Shown: positions 51,618 through 64,000 of the stretch, in pieces
Layout: each line of letters begins with the position of its first letter
How positions within the stretch are numbered: the stretch's first letter is position 1
Source of the DNA: Paraspadella gotoi
Taxonomy: Eukaryota > Animalia > Chaetognatha
DNA length: 64,000 nucleotides
NCBI GenBank assembly: GCA_051294375.1
Contig: CM119269.1
Location: 13,670,562 to 13,734,561, forward strand
Reading direction: 5' to 3'
Translations under genes and position numbers: made by a program
Notes under the pieces: model-generated
Seen by the model: only the letters and a program-made list of their open reading frames with translations
Database searches by the model: none
What the model was told of the DNA's origin: nothing

Positions 51618-54600
51618 AAAATAGGAATGGAATCGCTTTGCCAAATGACCGGAACCACTGGAATAAAATAAAAGGAAGAAAACAATCAAAGGATTCTCGT
51701 CTTTAGTCGGCAGAGAGAGAGAGAGAGAGAGAGAGAGATAAAGAAAAAAAAGGAAGAAAACAGTAATTCTCATTTGATGTCAGGCTAGCTTTCTCACCTT
51801 TAAAAAAACATTTTGCTTAATTGATGTTATATACTTTTTCCTAGATAGTATTTTGGTTTGTTATGATTGTATTGATGTATGTGGTGTACTGGGGACTGCG
51901 TGGAGGTTGTAATGGTAATGGTAATGCTTTTCCGTTAATTAGTTTCTCGAAATATCTTGAAAACAAACCTTCACATTTGTATTTTAGTTTTTTTTCTTCT
52001 CGTTCATTAAATTTCCTTGGCCAACTTATCATTTCCGATATTTTCTCCTCGAGATTTCCTGCGTTTATTTCGTTAGCGTCCTCGTTATTTTTACGTACTT
52101 CTAACTTTCATGAACAAAAACTTACTTTGGCCATTCAATTCTTGAACCTCACCTCCTTCATTTGCATCTTTACTGTTTTCAACGATCTAATAAAATGGAA
52201 CAAAAGTCAGTTCCTCCATTTCAAACTTTTAACTTCCATTTACTTACTTTTCTCATTAGGTTTTTTTGGGTGGCAAATGCAATAGTTCTCACCTCTCTCT
52301 CTCTTTCTCTCTCTCTCTCTTTCTCTCTCCCACCCTCTCCCTCCCTTTCCCACACATTCAAATCTGTTGCCAAGTTTATCCTCCCTCAGATTTTTCATCA
52401 GTCTAACTCCCGGTCTCTCTCTCCTTTTCTAATCCGTTCGCTCCATTCATAATCGTCTTCGCTCATTTCTTTTCCGTCAACTCGAATGAAATTCGGTTTG
52501 CTCTAAAATCAAGGATCCATTAGTCGTCGTCGTCGTCGTCGTCCTCATCGTCGCGATTGTTGCAAAGGACAAAGTCTTTAAAAATCATGTCTTTGCTTTT
52601 CTTTTGTTTGTTGTTTTTTTTATTTTTTTGGTTTTACTTATCATTAAATGTACTATCCCTCGTTAAAAATAATGCAGTGAAAATATTAATAGAACAGAAC
52701 TTGGACGTATAAAAACCTAAAGACTCTGTTCTTTAAAAGTTATTGGAAATGTTTTACGCTATTTCCTCGCCTACGAATCTCGAAAAAGTCAATACTAGAA
52801 AAAAAAAAAACAATCGCCAGAAATTTTTGTTCGGTAAAAGCTGTTGATGCTTAATTTAATTAATTTCCCTCGTTTTTTAAAAAAGGAAATGATATTTATG
52901 AGAAGAAAAATTCATTGTGTCTCCTTTATGGTCAATTTTTAAAAAAAATTGAAGGAAATTAAAGAATTGTTTTTTTTAAAAGTTTATAATTGTTTACTAT
53001 CCAGTCAGTTTAAAAAATGGCCCTCATCATCGAGTAAAAAATCTCAAGATGAAGAGAAGTTTCTTTCATTCTCCCACCTTCTATTGTCCATGACTCCATT
53101 TGCCCGGGGACGTCGCGTCGCCCGGGATGTTATTTTTCTGAGACGTAAACGTCTTTTGTTTTCGGTTTTTCTCTTTGAATTTGATCGTGAAGTCGCTTGT
53201 TTAATCTACTAAAGCAAAATGTTGGAGTTCAAGGAAGGAATCCAAGGTGCCGCACTAATCTTTTTCTCAGAATTTAAAGAAATGTTGATGACTAAAGGGA
53301 CGAAGGCCTCATAGATAATAGGGGCGAGAGAGAAAGAGAGAAAGATAGAGAGATAGAGAGTCCTCAGAGGGATGTCGAAGGATTGTGGGCGGGGGACGGA
53401 CCTTTTATTCTTTCGCCAGTACCCACGACGATATGCAAATGAGATTATGACGCAGGAAAATAAATCGAATTTGCGTCAAGGAAGTCGACAGCAAAATTTC
53501 GGGGGCGAATAAAAAGTAAAGAGAGAAGCTAAAAAAGAGAAAGAGAAGTAAAAAGAAAAGGAAAGAAGAAAAGGAAGGGAAGCGAAAAGAGGAGAAAAAG
53601 AGAGGAGTGAAAAGAAAAGAAAAGAGGAACAAGAGGAACAAGAACAGAGAGAAGCGTGAATGGCTGGTCTCATTCTTGACGGCAAAAGAAGAAAGAATAA
53701 AGAAAAAAATAGCAGTGTGGCGGTATATTCACACAGCCTCACGTCCACCATCTTTCAGCCAAATCCATTGGCTCAGAGGGGGAACACACCATCCCAGGCG
53801 TAGTGTTCCATCCACAGTCCTAATGACTTCCCTCTGCGTTGGCAAAGCGAGACCTGTCCTAGGGTAACTGCGCCAGTGACTGGATGCGTCACTGAGGGTG
53901 GGAAGCCCCCAAAGCCATCAGTGAGATGCTCCGTCCCAGTGGGCATTACAGGCAACCCGGCTGTTGCCATAACAGATTTAATAATAAGTGCGAAAATTGT
54001 CGCTTCTGAATCCTACATCAAATTTAACCAGTTAAAGACGAAATGGCTTCATTTTCGACGCTAATGCTTAGTAGGCCTCGCATTGCCTACTTAACATCAC
54101 GTGATTTCGAAAATGACCACGAAATCGCTCTGCATCGTTGACCGAATAAATGTCGCGACTCGAAGACGATTAACACGCCCACAACCCCTTTTCTTTTATC
54201 CACCACAACACTTCCCCCCCACAACTTCTTTTATCCACCCCAACATCTTCTCCCTACAACCCCCTTATCCCCTCTTCCCCCTTATACCTTCTTCCCCTTT
54301 CTCCCCCACAAACCTTTCTCCCTCAAGATTCCTCCCCAACAACCCCTTCTCCGCCTTCTCTCCCGCTACAAGCAGGCGTTCCAAGCAGCTTGGATAGGAG
54401 CTTGGACGATGCGAGCGAAATCGAGGTGAGTGACGAGAGAAAGGTGAGTCTCTGGCTCGTTACTGATAAGTTATTTGTGGTGATTTGCTGAAACACTTGT
54501 AATATTAAGTATTTGAATGACAATGATTTAATTTCATGTCAGTCGATGTTGTAGTTTATTAAAAGCTGTTTTTATTTCAATAGAAATATCCTTAGGGGTA

Positions 54601-56356
54601 TAGTTAATTGTTGAGCAGAAATTAAGAATTACCACTTTTTTCACGGATTAATAGACTAGTTTTAACAAACTAATCTTAATATTGTGACTCTCTTCTCCTC
54701 CCCCCCCACAAAGTCGACGACGCCAACTTCGGAATCTCAAAACCTCGATTCCATCTCCGATCGTCCGTCCTCGCCGACTCCGGATCTCCCAGATCTAATT
54801 CCATCGGGGACCAACTCCGGCTCGCTGGAACCACTCGTCGACCCGCCTTCGAAGCCCAACCCGAAGGATCTCCTTCCAACTCCGCCTTCTGTCCCCAACT
54901 ACTCCCTCAAGCCTCTAACTAACCCTCCTGCCAACCCCCCTTCTTCTCTCGACATCTTCCCTGATCTACCGTCCGGTGCAACAGCCCGCTCTCTCGATCC
55001 CATCCCTAATCCTCCGAGTCCGGCCGCGATCGATCTCCTCCCTACTCCGTCTTCGATCCCCAACTCTGCCCTCAAACCGCTCGATAATCCGCCTTCCGGT
55101 CCCGCGCTCGTCGGAACTCCCGACTCCCCCTCCAAAACCTCGACATCTTCCGTCCTCGATCCTTTGCCCCGACACGCCCCTCTCGCCGAAGAGACGCCGC
55201 CTCCGCCGCCTACGCCCAACGACGCAGCGGCGATGGTGGGGAACGAGGCGATTGCTGCTGCAACGGTGATAGTCGGGAAGGCAGCGGCGAAGGCTGCAGT
55301 AGCGTTAGCGACGATTGGGGATTTGGAAGGGAAGCTAAATCTTTTTAACGGACAGGTAAGGCTTATATAAAATTTGATATGACTGATATAAATTTAAACT
55401 ATTCTCTCATAAATTTATTTCTTAATTAATTTATTCATATATTCATTCGTTCTTTTACTCATTCACTCCCAAATTTTTTTATCCAGTTCTCCCCCTAGAA
55501 AGATTAAAATTGTGACGAACTACTTGATCTTCCTCAGGCTCTCCCCGCTCTGTCGTCGACGAAGCCTCCGATGAAAAACATCCCCGACGATGCGCGCATT
55601 CTCGACCTGAGGATGGGACCCATCAAGAAGACGGCAGCCATCAGAGCTTTGCCGAAGCTCGAGACGACGTCCACGCCCACAATGGCGACTACAACGACCT
55701 CAGAAACGACCGCTGTGACCACAGTTAAGACTGTGGCTTCTTCACCCACAGCTATCTCAGCGACCCCGGTGTCGATGGAACCGGAAAAAGAAGGAGCTCC
55801 GAAAATGTCGATGGGTCCTCCGCCTCTTCCGGCGATTAAGGGTAAACCTGTCCGCGATTAAGGGCAAATCCATCGGCTATTACGATTAAGGGCAAGTCCA
55901 CCGGCTATTACGGGTGAGTCGATTAACGATCGAGGGTAGGTCCATTTTAGCGATTGGGGCGGAGTTTATTGACCAGTTCAGCGGCGATTTAGGGTAAAGT
56001 TACTTGTGATTATCGGTAAGTCCATTAGCAATTAAGTTCAAGTCCTTAGGGAATTTAGGGTAAGTTTATCTGTGATTAGGAAATATATTCACCGGTAATA
56101 CATTCACTATTAGGCGCTATTCAAAAGCAGGGATATCCCACACGAAGTATCACAAATTAATGAAATATAGATTCACCTGAGCACCTCCAATTAGGTGATT
56201 AATGTTAACACCACCGGCTATGCAATTTTAGTAGTTTTACATTTTTTAAATATATTTTTCAATTTATTGTTTATTTGTTTGATTTTTATTTATTTTATAT
56301 TTCTTTCTTTAGACGAAGGATCTGAAGACGTATCGGACGCAAAGAAAGAAGAATAA
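50351..56356 (+). CDS. Acidic then Pro/Ser/Thr-rich, probably disordered protein, 3' portion; exons 50351-50430, 51005-51204, 54376-54425 (or 54443), 54714-55355, 55538-55841, 56313-56356
   Basis: All introns are GT-AG and the phases chain 2,1,0,0,1 to DEGSEDVSDAKKEE*. AATAAA lies at 56490. A frameshifted, charged coding-like block at ~48839-49456 probably belongs upstream. Confidence 0.78.
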
Positions 56357-57167
56357 AAAAAGAAAAGTTTATAAAATTAAAGTGTGAACGAAAGGCGCAC
56401 CCATTGATGTAAAACATTTGTTTTTCTAACTACACTTTTTTTTTTTCGTTTTCGAATTTGTAAATCGTTAAATTTGGAAATTCTTGTTCAATAAAAAAAA
56501 AGTTTTTATCTCTCATGATTCCGGATGTGATTTTTCTAGGGGAGGGCCGGGGGGAGGAAGGGGAAGGGATTGGAAAGGGGAGGAAGGGAGTGAATACAAA
56601 TAAAATGAGTCGCTTTCCTTTTCTATTTCTGAGAATTAACCTGGCAACGGTTTCGCTCGACGGGTTCGTTCAGTAGGTAGGTGAATTCTTTTTGCCAAAA
56701 GGAAGAACCGAAAAATATTAAGGGGCCGACTTCCGGCCAAGTTGGGGGCGGCAACTGCGCCACGCCGCGCCGTGATGTTCCATGCCGCGCCACTCGCCGC
56801 TCGCCCCCGATTCTTTCCCTTCTTTTTAATGTTGCGATGTTGTGACGAGTTACTACATGACGCCAAAACTCGTATTTCGTGGAAAAAAGGTCATGAAGAA
56901 TTTAAATTCAAGATTGTCGATACAAAAAATCGGTCATACATTCTGTCTCTGACACTGCAAATAGTATCGGCGTCTTATATGCATTACAACTATTGTAAAA
57001 ATTATCTATTCGTTAAAGCTATCTTCACTTCCGTCTTAGTACTGCTTATTGATAATATTGTGATATGATTTGTGATATTGTATTGTGTAAAGATATTGTA
57101 TGATATGTTTATATTCGTTTATCACTTTTCACACAAAAAGAGAAACGGACTGACAATCAGGAAAAAC

Positions 57168-57500
57168 TTTTTAGTCGGATCTGCTTATCAGCAGATCCTG
57201 ACTCTATAATTCACTTTGTCGGTCCGTCAGTCCGCCCCCTAAATTTTGTTTGGCATTCATTTATATTATGTCAGAACATCGAATTATTATAAATTATGCA
57301 AAAAAAATGTCTGTCCGTCCGTCTGTCTGTCCGTCCCACCTTAGTAAAAAACACCAATTACTCGTGATTGGATGGATGGATTTGAATGAAATTTTGTGTG
57401 TGGGTAGGGAAGTGAGCTGGATATGAAGTTTCGATGGAATCGTCTGAGTGGAAAGTCAATCAATCAAGTCAATCGTTATCGGCATTATTCTCATTGCTTT
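57168..57500 (+). mobile_element. Helentron-associated / DINE-1-like non-autonomous element
   Basis: It starts in a T run, has the hairpin ggatctgct-tatc-agcagatcc, then a (GTCY)n tract and a ggatggatttgaatgaaattt core. This is the layout typical of DINE-1/HINE elements. Confidence 0.5.
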
Positions 57501-58678
57501 TGTCGTGGTTAGTGACGAAAAGACCTAAAAACAAACATTTAAGATCAAATTAATTAATTGTTCAATTAATTAACTTAAATTATTTAATTATTAATTAATT
57601 AATTATCGATAATGATCGTGGGCAGATCCGACATTGTTTGCTCAAACTTTTTCTGATTGAGTCTGGGAGGAAAAAATCAATAAAAGAGAAATAGAGAAAA
57701 AAATTCTTGACATCAGAGGCAGCGGGAAACCGACGCACGTTTCCGGAGAGAAATTCTGTAGATTTGATTTTCTTTTTTAGACAATGAAGGTTGGAAGGTT
57801 GAAAGAGCTGGAAACCCAAAAAGGGGCACCTAGGACTTGGTTTATTCATGTGAGTGGGATATACAGTTATACACATTGAATGATATGATGTTTCGCAGAG
57901 GGAAAAAAAGATGGCTCTCATTTCCACTTTGCTCTTAATCATCGAACGGAAATGTCGAAATGCTTAGTTGAAATCCCCAGTTTTATATTACAGAGAAATT
58001 AATGGAATTAAAGGAATTAATGGAACCGTCTGAGATGCCAAGGGCAAGAGGTATGTCGGTTGGTGAGAGGATTCGACTTCGGTTTCCATCACGCTTTTGC
58101 AAGCGTGACTGTGATGAGACTGCTTTAAGATGTATCGCCAGAAGGTTTCCTTTAAAGGATTTTATGGAAATCATTCGCTTCATCAATCCTTCCCCTCGTT
58201 TAACCCGGTCCTTCGGTGTTGCGTCAACTCCATCTCGTCCGGCAATGACTTTCCTTTCTTAATCCGACTACAGATTTATCGATGCGTCCTTCGGATTTCA
58301 GAGACAATATATTTCCCAAATGGTTTTCACAATCTTAGGGTTGGTACATTTGGACATTATAGATTTGGGATGTATGTACAGATTTGTAATAGCGTTATAG
58401 CTGGAAATTCTTTCCTTAACTTCAACTATTATTCGAATTTTAATAAAAATTAAATAAAGAAGGAAATTCTAATTATATTTTTTATAATTTTTACAAAAGC
58501 AATCTAAATTATAACAAACAAGTTTTACCATCAAACCACATAACTTAAAAGCAACAACCAACATTTTTAAAGCTAAATTCCAACAATTTAGTCTAATTGT
58601 ACCAAATATTGAATCATGAGGAGAAAATATATAAGAAATCTGAGCATTTGCTTTTTGTTGAGAAAAAGAAATTTCCTC

Positions 58679-58734
<56 letters not shown>

Positions 58735-58967
58735 GGTCTCCTATTCGGTGTTAGGCAATTTGGCATCTTTGCTCTATTTGTTCTTTGGTTCCCCCCCTGT
58801 TTATGGTATATCATATTCAAAAACGAGGCTGCCTCAAAGTGGCGTCATTTTTCTTCTCTGAATGGCATCCAATATTTTCTTTCACAATTCAATCTTGCCC
58901 GTTTTCTCTTACTCTCCCTCTCTCTTTCTCTCTCTCTCCCTCTCTCCTCCCTCTCTCCTCCTCATCT

Positions 58968-63650
<4,683 letters not shown>

Positions 63651-63672
63651 CTGGAGAGAGAGAGAGAGAGAG

Positions 63673-63703
<31 letters not shown>

Positions 63704-64000
63704 AGAGAGAGGGAGAGAGAGAGAGCGAGATCTCAGAATGCAACGAACTTGTAACCTAACTGAGAAAAATGATAAAAACTCAAAAGCTAAAAAGAAAGAA
63801 ATAATATTAAAAGAAAACCAAAATAAATGAATTTTTGGTGATTAAAATATTACGTTCGAAATTCTCTATTTAGCAATCGATATTGAAATATGATTACGTC
63901 AAAGACACGCTTTAATTGTGGTTATTTTTTATAGACTTTCCTCTGCTTCTCATCCTTTTTCTTCTACCCTGTTGCTCGCCCACTGTTTTAGGGACATACC

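Noticed and set aside
53812-53860. Hammerhead ribozyme or SECIS (ctaatga...cgagac)
   Set aside because: The core deviates from CTGATGA/GAAA, stem I is absent, and SECIS helix spacing is not satisfied.
57595-58453. Non-repetitive block with several 70-115-aa ORFs
   Set aside because: I could build no consistent frame, splice chain or recognisable motif; it may be a degraded or error-ridden gene or transposon.

Overview
Intron-rich, AT-rich, microsatellite-saturated animal (invertebrate-like) DNA from an error-prone assembly. Most ORFs in the supplied track are (AG)n/(CTTT)n/(GAC)n artefacts, so I reconstructed genes by hand from splice sites and phase. Genes found: the 3' end of an ETNPPL/PHYKPL-like aminotransferase (+), a small unknown gene (-), an unidentified 6-exon gene ending in a cysteine string (-), an 11-exon tachykinin-receptor-family GPCR (-), a long acidic, Pro/Ser/Thr-rich gene (+), and an immunoglobulin-superfamily gene (-) whose last Ig domain carries a ~200-aa charged insertion. 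A 3.3-kb-arm inverted repeat centred on a 25-N gap and an ~8-kb tandem duplication look like assembly or haplotype artefacts. The duplication does, however, show both filled and empty sites of a complete ~650-bp miniature LTR retroelement (TRIM). Also present are a tRNA-derived SINE pair, a foldback element, a Helentron/DINE-1-like element and minisatellites that multiply splice donors. There are no CRISPR, rRNA or intact tRNA genes. All calls are by eye, without database searches.
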